Source: Octopus vulgaris (taxonomy: Eukaryota). From it: DNA of 64,000 nucleotides. The position numbers and the translations under genes are program-made. Shown piece by piece: positions 1-12,736 of the stretch (positions are counted from its first letter, which is position 1; each line of letters starts with the position of its first letter). Location: assembly GCA_951406725.2 (NCBI GenBank), contig OX597816.1, positions 9,300,001-9,364,000 of the forward strand. The letters are read 5' to 3'. Below the pieces are notes generated by a model. That model was not told where the DNA came from, searched no databases, and saw only the letters and a program-made list of their open reading frames with translations.

Positions 1-346
1 ATATTTTATTTCACATATTTTACATGCACAGTTTTTTATTTATTTCAGGACACCATTTCTCATATATATATGCTATATTTCTTTCTTCTTCTTTTTTTTA
101 AAATCTATGATCCATGTTATTTGATGGCAACTATAATTAGCCTTCTCACCATCTACTTGATAGGAGAGTTATCCACAGACATTAACTCTAAGGCATCTTG
201 GAAAGAAAAAATAATTTGAAAACCACATCTGACTGCTTTAAAAAAATAATGGAAAATACTATCAATATCTTTCTTCTATTTTCTTCATTTATCTTTCAAA
301 TTATGTTTGCAATCTTTTCAGGCTTAGCAAAGAACACAATAATTAC

Positions 347-497
347 CTGAATGATGTTGAAGTAGTCATTCACAGTGAGTGTATCCAAGATTTTATTTAC
401 AGTACTCTGTGCAATTATCATACGGGATCCTGTCATACTTCCACTGGAATCCAAAAGTATGATGACGTTTTTTGGTGCTGCAGCTCCTTGAATATAC
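347..497 (-). CDS. CACNA2D: Calcium channel alpha-2/delta subunit, internal exon encoding the start of the VWA domain
   Basis: Acceptor tctttttctgcag|G, donor CAG|gtaatt; 151 nt (phase 2 to 0). Translates (W)[50 protein letters not shown], typical of alpha2delta, with MIDAS DxSxS. The symbol is family-level only; the paralog cannot be assigned. Confidence 0.95.
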
Positions 498-1500
498 CTG
501 CAGAAAAAGATTATTAAGATCAGTTCTGATAAACGTAAAGATTTACAATAGTCGGTAAAAATGACTGAATTAAAAAAACAAAACAACATCTAAGCTTGTA
601 TGAATAAAATGTTCTCGTTTGCAATCTTTCTTTTTATATGGGATAAGTTCAGGAAAATCACAATAGGTCTTAACATATAAATAGGAATATATCCATGCTT
701 TTAGAGGATTCATCTCAATTAATTGCTACAAGAGAGTCAAAGAAAGAGAACTATTATACTTTCCATCTCAATAAATCTATTGGATTGCAACATATGTTTT
801 TTACAGAGATTTTCAAGAAATCTTGGAACCAATATTTTATAATGAAAACATGATCACAAACTGAAATTTGGATTTAATCCTATACATGTTAGGAACTATC
901 ATGAAGAAGAATATCTCACAGCCATTATAGGAATCTATTAGCTTTCCATGCTGGAAAATAATTTCTGCTCTTCAATATCTTTTATATTTTACATGTTTTA
1001 TTCATTAGACTGTGGCCATGTTGGAGAGCTGTCTTGAAGAATTTATTTTAGCTGAATGAATTGAAAATATGACTTATTTATTTTTAAGCCTGGTATTTAT
1101 TGTGTTGGTCCTTTTTGCTGAACTGCTAAGTCGCAGGGATGAAAACACATCAACACTAGTTTTCAAGCAGTGGTGGGGAACAAACACTGACACAAAGACA
1201 CACACTCATACACACACACACACACACACACACATACTAGCATACCTGTATCATCAAAAATGCCAACAATTTTATTAATGATACAAAATGGTGCATCATG
1301 AGTAGAAGAGGGGAAGGAAGAAACAAATGAGTGGGTGGGTGGTAGAGAGACAAGCTTGTGGGAGTGAATGAACAGAAGAAAGTTAGGAAGAATGGAAGGA
1401 GTTAAGAAATGAACCAAAAGATCAATCTTTGTTCTGAGGAAATTAGAGGCTGGAGAGCCATGGTGCTGGAGAAGACCAAAAATGGAAAGGTGATGATTGG

Positions 1501-1755
1501 AATCATCATCATCATCGTTTAACGTCCGTTTTCCGCGCTAGCATGGGTTGGACGGTTCGACCGGGGTCTGGGAAGCCAGGGGCTGCACCAGGCTCCAGTC
1601 TGATCTGGCAGTGTTTCTACAGCTGGATGCCCTTCCTAACGCCAACCACTCCGCCAGTGTAGTGGGTGTTTTTTACGTGCCACCTGCACAGGTGCCAGGG
1701 GGGTATGGTATCGGCCACGATCGGTTGGTGCTTTTAACGTGCCACCGGCACGGAA
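1501..1755 (-). mobile_element. RTE-LINE 3' end / RTE-tailed short element
   Basis: (CAT)n tail, then the same 3' terminal sequence (gcatgggttggacggttc...ggatgcccttcctaacgccaaccact) as the LINE at 60451-64000. Confidence 0.85.
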
Positions 1756-2174
1756 GAAAATATGAATGCTTAAGGAAACTGAATTGAAGTACAAACATTT
1801 TTTCAACATCTACAGCTACTACATCATGTTTCCAGTAGATGCTGCCTGAATTAGTCAGTTAGCCATCAGTTAGTTTTACCTACATACGGAGACCATTTAA
1901 TGCTATGGATTACACTTTTGGAGGTGCAAGTGAACTGACCAGCAACTTGAAAAATGTACCAGAAACTGTGCAAAATGGTGATGTTCTGAGTGAAGGCACT
2001 GATATTTCAATGGTAGTAGGAAGATTAGACAATCTGAGTTGGGTGTGGCAAGGGACTGAAGGTCATGTAGCTTGTGATCCTGTCTGTTAGTAGCAGGATC
2101 AATGGAATAACTAGGGATGTTAACCTTATGAATCTTGGGGTAGAAGTAGGGGATGACGTTTTATGGTATACAAA

Positions 2175-2404
2175 GGCGGTGAGCTGGCAGAAACATTAGC
2201 ACGCCGGGCGAAATGCTTAGTGGTATTTCGTCTGCGTTACGTTGTGAGTTCAAATTCTGCCGAGGTCGACTTTGCCTTTCATCCTTTCGGGGTCGATAAA
2301 TTAAGTACCAGTTACGAACTGGGGTCGATGTAATCGACTTAATACCCATGTCTGTCCTTGTTTGTTCCCTCTGTGTTTAGCCCCTTGTGGGTAATAAAGA
2401 AATA
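2175..2404 (+). mobile_element. SINE family C (ggcggtgagctggcagaa...taaagaaata), intact copy with TSD
   Basis: B-box-like gagttcaaattc; 10-bp TSD ggtatacaaa at 2165-2174 and 2405-2414; near-identical copy at 47427-47660. Confidence 0.9.
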
Positions 2405-2914
2405 GGTATACAAATGAAAAGGTTGGTAGCTGTGGGGGGAAGGAGAAAGGAGGAGGAGATGAGTTGGTGGTGTGCTGTGGTAGAGATAAGTAGTTGCTAG
2501 AAAGTGCAGGTATTGTCATTAGAAATTGAGGATACAGGGTTGTTGGAGCATTGCAGTCCTAAAGAGGCCAACTGCATGGGCTGTGTTTGTCAGTTTAACA
2601 CTGGTGTTGTGGCAGTGTCAAAGGTAGTGGTATGCAGCCAGTTCTGAAGGAGAGATGTTGATGCATCTTAGCTGCTTCCAGAAACGGAATCTGTCTAGAA
2701 ACTGTTGGCACATACCATTGAACAGGTCTTGTACAGGAACTGGTCTGGGTTGGGTATCTAAGATAAATTGCAAATATTTCCAAACATCTCCAAGCATCAT
2801 GGTATTTGGGTAAAGTTGGCCAAAGCCTCATTTGGTTTGATAAACAACACTTGGTTTTACAGCTCTTCTAAGATTCATCATTTGCAGGTCATAACATACT
2901 TGTTTGTAAATCCT

Positions 2915-3200
2915 CGTCATCATCACTGCTTAACGTCCATTTTCCATGCTGGCATGGGTTGGACAGTTTGATTGGGATCTGCGAAACCAGGAGGCTGCAC
3001 CAAGCTCCAGTCTGATCTAGCAGTGTTTCTACAGCTGGATGCCCTTCCTAACTCCAACCACTCCAAGTGTGTAGTAGGTGCTTTTTACGTGCCACCGGCA
3101 CAGGGGCCAGAGGGGGCTGGCATTGACCACATTCAGATGGTGCTTTTACATGCCACTAGCACAGGAGCCAGTCAAGGTGGCACTGGCATCAGCCACGTTA
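2915..3200 (-). mobile_element. RTE-LINE 3' end copy
   Basis: Same terminal sequence and gtgccaccggcac modules as the other RTE tails. Confidence 0.8.
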
Positions 3201-5954
3201 AATGAGTAAAAGGAAAATAAATGATGATTAATATGAAAAACACTTCCTCTTCCCACCTCCTCGAAGAACAAAGCAAACAAATATTGATGAACAGTATAAA
3301 TATCAAGTGTAAATAAAAGATAACTATGGTTATAATGAGAAGGTTGACATGGTGCTGAAGTTAATAGAGATGCTAAATTTGTTGCTGCTACTGTTGTCAC
3401 CGATGATGCTTGTGACAAAATAATCTTCTCCAATAATAACAAGACAAATGGCAGATTTCAATTAATCTTTAGTGAACAGTGAAACAAGTAAAAGATACAT
3501 TTTAAGTAGCCATATTGGTTCCAGCCTATTTTAATATGGAAGTATCAGTTATTGTCATGGTTTATTTTCTAAAGATTGGACTTGCTAGCGTTAGAATGAT
3601 TTCAATTAGTTCTCAAGAAAACACTTCAGGATATTTTCAAAGCTGTTGAAATCAACATATGTACAATATATGCTGGTTAAAAGAAATAAAATAAAAACTG
3701 AAGCTAACAAAAAAAACAGTTGAAATTCTCAGCAGTACCAGCTGAGATCCACAACTAAGCAGACTTATTGCTTCAGGAAAAAGAACCAAGTTATAATTGT
3801 GATATATTTGGTTTAAAGAATATCTCAGCACCAAATACAAAACTTTGGAAAATAACTTTAACCCATGTTTACTGCTGTATTATTTCAGAAACTAAAAATT
3901 TCTGTTTTGATTCAAGGCAAAGAATCGATAGTGAGTTAATCTGACAACACATGACCCTCAATAGGAAATAGATTTTGTTGTTCTCTTTTTAGCTTTTAAC
4001 CGCTGTTATCATTGATTTAGAATACAGAGATAAGTCATGAAATAACAGAAACAGCAACAACAAAAATAATGATTTCAAAATTTTGGCACAAGGCCAGCAA
4101 TTTAACAGGAGGAGGGTAAGTCGATTACATTAACCCCAGTGCTCAACTGCTACTTATTTTATTAATCTCGAATAGATGAAAGACAAAGTCAACCTTGGTG
4201 ACATGCACATATACACATGCACACACAAATGCATACCCACCCACATTTATACATAAGGATAGTTAAAATAATATTCAGGTATCTTTTAAATTGTTGGAGC
4301 TGCTCGCTTTAATATACTTTTGTAAGCTGAGAGGTTTACTAATTTTGTTTTACAGTTATGTTTTCAGGGGGTGCATAATGCTTTCCCCTTGTTATGCTCT
4401 CCATTATTATCTTCAATAAATCTGTTCCTACCACCAATAAAGTTCTCTTTTGCTTTGCAAGTTTTAAAGTAAGAGCAACAGTTCTGGTGCCAGAAAAAGT
4501 ACCTTGTACACTCATTGATTGATAATCATTCCAAACAGCAACAACACAGGGTGTGAGAGGTCTCATTAGTTTTGCAGATGGCAGGGCAACCTCTATAGCA
4601 CTGGTGTTACATTAAAAAAAAAAAAATGTATCCAATTCATTCCATAAAGTAGTTGGTGTTAGGAAGGGCATTTACCTGTAGAAACCAGGCCACAAATGTG
4701 ACATTGGAATAAAACAGTCTTTTGACTCTATGAATCCTGTTGAATTATCCTACCAGTGCCAGCATGGAGAACTGATGTAAATGGATGACTACAATGGTGA
4801 TGACAACAATGATGATGATGACGATGATGATTATGATGATGATGCTGATGATGATGATGACAACAATGTTGATGATGATAATGATGATGATGGTGATGAT
4901 GACAGCAATGATGATGATGATGCCTAAGTGACAAGATTGAAACCAAAATGTCTTGAATAACACTTCAACACCTTAACCTCTAAACCTTAAATCATCAAAA
5001 TTTTTATCGTTATCTGGAACTGATGAGATCCATCACCATTGTTGGTGATAGCCTTCACTTTAGTAGGAAGTAATAAAGGGAAAATGAAGTAGATGACAAA
5101 AATAAACCCCAAAAAATAATTTCATTAAAAATAAAAAAAATATTTTCATGATTCAAATAATTAGAACAATTGAAAAAAAAAACAAACAGACCAAAAAATA
5201 GTTAATATTATTGTTTAAAGACAGTGTTAATCAAACTGATTCCTGGAACTCTTAAATGGTAAGGGTGGAAATGTTGCAGCAATAATAAATAAATGAATAA
5301 ATAAACACAACAAAGCATTGTCAATTAGAAATCAGAGATCATAAATTATATTCACATTAAATAGAATTTGCTATTAATTTACGTACTGACTCCTTCACTA
5401 ATTCAGTACAGTTATGCGATGTCTTCGGCAAGCCATTTTACAAAAATCAATATTTTCGCTGAACTTTGCCAACAATATAGAAGAAATGAGTATGACTGGG
5501 AAATTATGTTACTAATATCAAATTTTTAGGATTGGGGAGTGAGGAGGGGGGCAGTCTAGAAAACAATGACAACAACAAGATCAAAACTGTCAGAAAAATA
5601 GTTGCTGAATTTTTAGCAATTTATGTTGTAGTAGTGGAAATTTATTAGATGTATCAGCTAAGAAACTAGAAAGATGTTCTTGCTGAATTGATAGAGAAAG
5701 ATGCTAGAAAGTGAAGAAAGATTGCAACTTAAATAATTGTCTTTTATTGTTCAATACTGGAACTGTTAGTGTGTCAGGCAATTGACTTAGCAGCATTTCT
5801 TTTAGTTGTTCACGTGCTAAGTTCAAATCCCACTAAGGTTGACTTTGCCTGTTGTCCTTTCGGAGGTTGATAAAATAAAGCACCGGTCAAATACTGAGGT
5901 CCATGGAATCAACTGATTCCACTGCTGTCTTTGTATCAAAATTTGAAACAATTG

Positions 5955-6460
5955 CTAGTGCCATATAAAAAGCACCTATGCTGCCGGTACCACATAAAAA
6001 GCACCGATGCTGGGCCATGTAAAGAGCATCTGTCTCTGTGCCACATGAAAAGCACCCAGCTCACACCATTAAGCAAACTTTATCCATTTAACCCTTTTGA
6101 TACCAATCTGCCTGTGACTGCCTCCCGTCCTAGGAGACAATAAACATGATCTAATTTAAAACCCTCTATCATAAATTCCATGTAAATTTATGTTCCTAAA
6201 TACCAGATCAATAATGACAAAATTATTTTACCAATTTGTTCAAAGCACTGATGCTGTTGCCACATAAAAAGTGTCGGTGCCATGTAAAAAGCACCCAATA
6301 CACTCTGTAAAATGGTTGGTATTCAGAAAGGCATCCAGCTGTAGAAACCATACTAAGGCAGACAATTGGAACCTGGTTGGCTCTCCAGCTGGTCAGCTCC
6401 TGTCAAACTGTCCAACCCATGCCAGCATGGAAAAAGGATGTTAAATGATGATGATGATGG
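5955..6460 (+). mobile_element. Old RTE 3' end with several ccacataaaaagcacc modules, interrupted by a piggyBac-type MITE fragment (~6088-6240)
   Basis: Repeated gcc...gcacataaaaagcacc units and a (GAT)n tail at ~6446-6460; internal ttaacccttttgatacc terminus. Confidence 0.65.
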
Positions 6461-6996
6461 ATCACTGGACTGTGGCCATACAGGAGCACTGTCACATAGC
6501 ATGTGAAATGGAAAAGTCACTGAAGACATCTTAGCAAGATATACTTGTTTATCATTAGCAACATCGGCAGCCATCATCTCCATGAAGTTTATATCTGAAT
6601 ATTCAATACACAGTAAAGCTAAATGGATCTACGAAATAAACATTAAATGCAATGAAAATGTTCCTAAAAATGTTCATTTATTATTCAATGGTTTAGTAAG
6701 TGTTTCCATTGTGATACTTTCAATGACCGAACCATGGATTCACTGTGTACACACACACATGTTCACACATGTAGACACAAACGATCAAAGAAACATCATC
6801 ACATACATATAAATACAAACATAAACAAGCATCTTATACACAATCTCTCTATCTCTCCCTCTTTGTCTATATATCTCTCTATTTATCTATCTATCTACCC
6901 ACACACAGTATACATACAGATATATACATATATATACATACATATATATATTTATATATATATAAACACGATATGTATACACACACACATATATTT

Positions 6997-7091
<95 letters not shown>

Positions 7092-7206
7092 GAAAGAATG
7101 GAGTTGAACGACGATTTAACCAGGGTATCGGTTAACCGAATTATCCATACTAGGATAATTCATTCAACGACTTATATATATATATATATACACACATATA
7201 TATATA

Positions 7207-8505
7207 TGAGGAGGTAGCCAAAGGAAACCAGAATTTTGCTATATTATTTTATTCACTTAGTTTTACATGTTTTATTGCTTTCAAAGTATTCTCCATTTGA
7301 AGCAGTGCATTGGTCCAAACTCATTTTCCACTGTTCCAAGCAGCCATAGACCTCTTGCAAAGTGATGCCTTTTAACGTGTCTGCCGTTTTTTCTTCTTCA
7401 CCTCTTCTACATCTGCAAAATATTTTCCTTTGAGGGAACAAAAACAAACAGCAGGGAGCAAGATCAGGTGAATAAGGAGGGTGGTTAAAAAGGGTCATGC
7501 CATTTTTGGTCAAAAACTGTTTTACACTCAAGATGGTGTGTGAAGGAGCATTGTTGTAATGAAACCACCACTCTTCACTTTACCACTGGTCAGGGCATTT
7601 TCCTCTCACCATGTCTTGCAAATGCTTCAGAACTGTCAAGTAAATGTCATGTCTGGTTAACAGTTTGACCAGGAGGAACAAATACTGTGTAGACAGTTCC
7701 TTTCACATCGATGAAACAAATCAGCATTGACTTGACATTGGACTTCACTTGACACAGTTTTGGGGGCGTGGTGACATTGAGTGTGCTTCCACTGACTCGA
7801 TTGCTGCTTTGTTTCTGCGTCATAGCTGTGATACCAGCTTTCACCATCAGTGATGACCTTCAAAAAGAAGTTCTGATCAACTTCCAACTGTTCTTTCAGT
7901 TCATAACACACATTCAGTCATGACTGCTTTTGATCTTCCGTGAGCAAGTGAAGTACAAATTTTTCTGCAACTATTTTCATTTACACTTCCTCACTCAAAA
8001 TTTGTTGGAAGGAACTCCAGGACACACCAGTCATATCAACAAGTTCATTAATTGTTTGGTCCTCCAAGATTAGTTTAAGAATTTTTATGACATTTTCTTT
8101 TGTTTGGGAGGTTGACAGTTGCCCTGAACAAGGTTGGTCTTCAAGTGATGAGTGACCATTGCTAAAGCAGGAAAACCACTTGTAAACTTGTGTTTTGCTC
8201 ATGGCAGCATCCTTGTAAGCTGTTTGAAGCATGTCAACTGTCTTGGGTGCTGCTTTCCCCAGCAGAAAACAGAATTTCATGGAAGCAAGGCATTCCTTCG
8301 TTTCAGCCATCTCAAAAATTGCTGAACATGGGAGAAGCACTGCAAAGCAAAGATGCACCAGGTAGCAGTACAACTCCAATCGGCCAACATCTGTTGGCAG
8401 TCTGATGCCTGAGGGCTGCATCAAGTGGCTTCTAGTGACAGAAGCCTGAACTGCAATGGGCTTGTCCCACAGAGAACGTTTCTGGTTACTTTTGGGTCCG
8501 CCTCG
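7207..8505 (-). mobile_element. Full-length (~1.3 kb) decayed mariner (Tc1/mariner) DNA transposon
   Basis: Imperfect TIRs TGAGGAGGTAGCCAAAGGAAACCAGAA and (reverse complement) CGAGGCGGACCCAAAAGTAACCAGAA, each flanked by TA; transposase fragments inside. Confidence 0.92.
7253..8310 (-). pseudogene. Mariner transposase pseudogene (frameshifted)
   Basis: Fragments in different frames: MAETKECLASMKFCFLLGK...QVYKWF (HTH region), ITDGESWYHSYD (first catalytic D region), KSMLICFID, HPPYSPDLAPCCLFLFP (YSPDLAP motif with the final D lost). Confidence 0.9.
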
Positions 8506-8710
8506 TATATATACATATGAGCAAAGTAGCTTGTTGCAAGCTCAGTGACAGTATGTCACTTATTTTTCTATATATGCAAGCAGGAGTGCATTGCACAACC
8601 AGCTGGAAGAGATGTCCTCCTGGGGTTAAAACAGTAGCATAGTTGGTGAACACACATGTTTAGGTGGCGTTAAATGCTATTTATGTATATATATATGTGT
8701 GTGTGTGTGT

Positions 8711-8845
8711 CTGTCCGATGAATGGGAATGTGAAGCTCTGAGTAACAACTTTTGTTATATTTCTGCTGCTTTTAAATAAAGCATATTACTCTACCTCTGG
8801 TATTTGAGTACTCTTTTTTCCACAATGTTTCACATTTATGTGCTT

Positions 8846-8850
<5 letters not shown>
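8711..8850 (+). mobile_element. Penelope-like pLTR fragment with mutated hammerhead core
   Basis: ctgt-CCGATGA-atgggaatgt-GAAG-ctctga-GTA followed by ttttgttatatttctgctgcttttaaataaa, homologous to the minus-strand copy at ~15160-15240; embedded in TA/TG microsatellites. Confidence 0.65.
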
Positions 8851-8905
<55 letters not shown>

Positions 8906-8927
8906 GATATATAGATAGATAGATAGA

Positions 8928-8964
8928 TACTCAGAGTTTCATGTTCCCATTCATCAGACAGTTG

Positions 8965-8966
<2 letters not shown>
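8928..8966 (-). ncRNA. Minimal type-I hammerhead ribozyme core (inverted partial copy, ends at the GTA triplet)
   Basis: Minus strand: caactgt CTGATGA ATG-GGAA-CAT GAAA CTCTGA GTA; the 3' arm of stem I is missing. Confidence 0.6.
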
Positions 8967-9005
<39 letters not shown>

Positions 9006-9324
9006 CATATATATGTACATACATGTGCATAGACAAAGAGATAGACAGATAGATATACATATACATACACTCACACCCAAACCTTCGCACACACACACAC
9101 ATATACAAGTACCTATTATAATGATAAATTATAAAGACATGAGTTTGGCATAAAAATTGTATAAAAAGGAAAATACGTTACAAAATTTCATAAATCAGAG
9201 AAGAAATAATTTGGTTCAACCCACCTTACTGAATGATCATAGAAAACAGCTCTTATGGACATTTCTCATTAACATGGAGGTTAATGGAAAATAAGTCTCA
9301 TGTTATAGAATCTCATAATTTATC

Positions 9325-9850
9325 TCTTTCTTTTATCTTTTACTTGGTACAATCATTAGACTGTGGCAATGCTGGAGCATCACCTTGATGAACTTTTAGT
9401 CGAATGAATCAACTCCAGTGCTTTGTTTTTGAATCCTGTTACTTATTCTAATGTTCTCATTTGCCAAACTACTAAGTTATGGGGATGTAAACTCACCAAC
9501 ACGGGTTATGACAGGGTAAAAACACAGACACAAAGACACACAAGCATGTATGTGCACACACACACACATGTGCACACACACACGTGCATGCACACACACA
9601 CATGCATGCACACACACACATGCATGCACACACACACGTGCATGCACACACACACATGCATGCATACACACACACGTGCACACACACATACACACAAGAG
9701 TCTTCTTTCAGTTTCCATCAACCAAAGTCACTCACAAGTCTCAGGTTGTCCTGAGGCTGTAGTAGAAGACACTTACCCAAGATGCCACACAGTGGGACTG
9801 AACCTGGAACCATGTGGTTGAGAAACAAGCTTCTTACAACACAGCCACAC
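9325..9850 (-). mobile_element. Degenerate SINE family B copy with an internal ~18-bp (tgcatgcacacacacaca)n minisatellite at ~9546-9695
   Basis: Homology to family B copies such as 12324-12736; central microsatellite region expanded. Confidence 0.75.
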
Positions 9851-10643
9851 CTGTTCTTAGGAACACGAGTATGCTTTGTCTGTTTCCCCACCACTCTCCC
9901 AGTCCCCACCTCTCCCTCTCCCATGTACTCTGGCAATTTCAACCCTCACACACTCGAATTGTCTCTGTTCCTGCTCCTTTTTGAGGGTCCACCCAGATAC
10001 CTCATCACCACTATTTTTTATCTATTTCCACTTCCATCCCAGTTACTCCCACCCTCTTTTTTAAAATGTGAGTAATTATATATCTCCTCTACAGCAAGAA
10101 ACCTGTTCTGCTCTGACCCTCTCTCTCATACTTTAACCCCACCCCAACGCCTAACATAAAGCTACTTAACACCTTGGGGTGGTTGTAGTCTTCATTAGTG
10201 TCAGTGGCACAAAAAATTACCCAGTACACGCTGTAAAATAGTTGGTGTTAGGAAGGGTATAGAGGTATAAAACCTATGCAAAAGCAGACACTAGAGTACA
10301 ATGCAGTGCTTGGATGCATCCAATCCTGTAAAACCATACAACCCATGGCAAAATGGAACACGGATGTTAAATGGTGGTGGTGATGGTGATGATGATGAGG
10401 TTGTTGATGGAAATGATGATATACATATATAAGTTGTGTATATGTGTGCACATGTTCATGTATATAGTTGTTGATACATATATTTCCCCACCAGAAAAAA
10501 TGGAAAAAGAGAAATGTTATTACCATTTTGGAACATAGCTCTCTACATCTCCAAAAGCTATTATTGAACCTTTCAAATAAAGAATATTGCATTTAATGCT
10601 AACTGTACAGGACACATAGAGGCACCATAATAATTTTGTTCAA

Positions 10644-10687
<44 letters not shown>

Positions 10688-10762
10688 GAACAAAATTATG
10701 ATGATATACATGTATGTATATATCATCATCATCCACCTCATCATCATTTAATGTCAGTCTTC

Positions 10763-10797
<35 letters not shown>

Positions 10798-10858
10798 ACA
10801 TATACACACACATATATGTGTGTGTGTGTAGGTTATCCACATGCATATACACACATAC

Positions 10859-10897
<39 letters not shown>

Positions 10898-11514
10898 AGC
10901 ATGCATATATGCATACACACATACATTAACATATACTCAAGCCTGCATATATATATGTGTATATATATGTGTGTATATATACATACATACATACATACAT
11001 ACATACACATACACATATCCACATATCCAACATATACTGACTAGTACCAACACTACGTACTCATCAACATAATGTTGGGAGGAACTGTTGAAGTCTCATT
11101 ATTTCTATAAACCTTTTTGTTCTTTGAAGCAGTAAATGGAGAAATCTTCAGTGTTTTTCTATAGGTTACAGGAAAATGGTGTCAAAAGAACATGATTTTT
11201 TTTATTGAAAAATTCTTTTAAGACTTTTGAGAATAGTGTATTGATATTTTAAAAAGATAATAGAAACATCTAAAAGTACTTTATATTATGATGTTATATT
11301 AGAGAACATACTTTGGTAAATTAATATGGAAAAAATATAATAGTATTCAGAATAGTAATTTCCCATCATCTAAGTGAAAAAATGTCTTTTACACTATTTT
11401 TTCTTTCCTTTGAAAATTATACAACAAATGAAAAGAAAGATTTGAGAGCCTTTAAGAAAAGAAAACCAGAAATAGAGATAAATAGATTGATAGGAGAGCA
11501 GTGAGATAGATGGC

Positions 11515-11625
<111 letters not shown>

Positions 11626-12323
11626 TTAGAGGAGGTAAAATATTTCAAAAGTTAAGAATCTATTTGAAAATTGTAATCATGAAGGGAGGAAAGATACTGA
11701 AATTTGGGAGAAAATGAGAAGAGAAAGGATGCAGGAAATTTAAATCTTTGAGCGAGAGAGGGAGAGAGAGAATGGGAGAGAGGGAGAGAAAATTTGTTAG
11801 AAATTTGGAATGGCAACATAGATGAAAAGAAAGGAGGCCTAATTCTGGGGAAGACTGGAGAGTAGAAGAAAACAGAATGTTTTAGAATTGGATGAAGAAA
11901 GAGGAGAAGCAAGGAAGCAAGAATCATTAGGAGAAGTGATGTGTAAGGAAGGAATTCTTTGGAAAAAAGCGATAAAGCTGGTAGTTTTAGAAAAAAATGT
12001 GAAAAATAACAACAATATTAATGGACATAAATTTGAAGGTGTTATATATAACTTTCTTAAATTTATTTTTGTTCAGTCAAGCAGTTTCGGAGGTTATTAC
12101 AGCTTTCAGAAACAAAATTCTGTGTCAACAGTATTTGGCATTTGTTTTGTCTCATCCTATTTCTTTTGTGCTGACCCTTGATGGTTGTTACGTAAACTTG
12201 CATTCACGTTTCTGCCTTTTGTAAGACAGATTCATGAAGTCTAATGATCTGATATAGGGAAACGTATCTGGATATGACCCAGATTAAAGTTTATATAGAT
12301 ATATAAAGTTTATATAGATATAT

Positions 12324-12736
12324 AGGCACAGGAGTGGTTGTGTGGTAAGTAGCTTGCTTACCAACCACATGGTTCCGGGTTCAGTCCCACTGCGTGGCAT
12401 CTTGGGCAAGTGTCTTCTGCTATAGCCTCGGGCCGACCAATGCCTTGTGAGTGGATTTGGTAGACGGAAACTGAAAGAAGCCTGTCGTATGTATATATAT
12501 ATATATATATATATATGGATGTGTGTGTATATGTTTGTGTGTCTGTGTTTGTCCCCCCACCATCGCTTGACAACCGATGCTGGTGTGTTTACGTCCCCGT
12601 CACTTAGCGGTTCGGCAAAAAGAGACCGATAGAATAAGTACTGGGCTTGCAAAGAATAAGTCCCGGGGTCGATTTGCTCGACTAAAGGTGGTGCTCCAGC
12701 ATGGCCGCAGTCAAATGACAGAAACAAGTAAAAGAG
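12324..12736 (+). mobile_element. SINE family B (~410 bp; tRNA-like head, CORE-like cttgggcaagtgtctt, gtaaaagag tail)
   Basis: A-box-like tggttgtgtggtaa and B-box-like ggttcagtccc; at least eight near-identical copies in the window. Confidence 0.92.

Larger units (their letters stand above)
1290..2910 (-). mobile_element. Decayed Penelope-like element (GIY-YIG endonuclease remnant), interrupted by younger SINE/RTE insertions
   Basis: The minus strand at ~1870-1955 reads FQVAGQFTCTSKSVIHSIKWSPYVGKT, resembling the PLE GIY-YIG FTCxSxNVIYxIxC...YIGET. ~1410-1440 reads EQRLIFW, resembling the GIY-YIG C-terminal EQRLIF. Stops and frameshifts present; boundaries approximate. Confidence 0.5.

Noticed and set aside
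296-589. 97-aa ORF as a complete gene
   Set aside because: Only 347-497 is exonic; the flanks are intron read-through.
8596-8648. Possible further hammerhead (accagCTGGAAGA...AAAAC...ATAgttggt)
   Set aside because: Both core boxes deviate from CUGANGA/GAAA and stem III does not pair.
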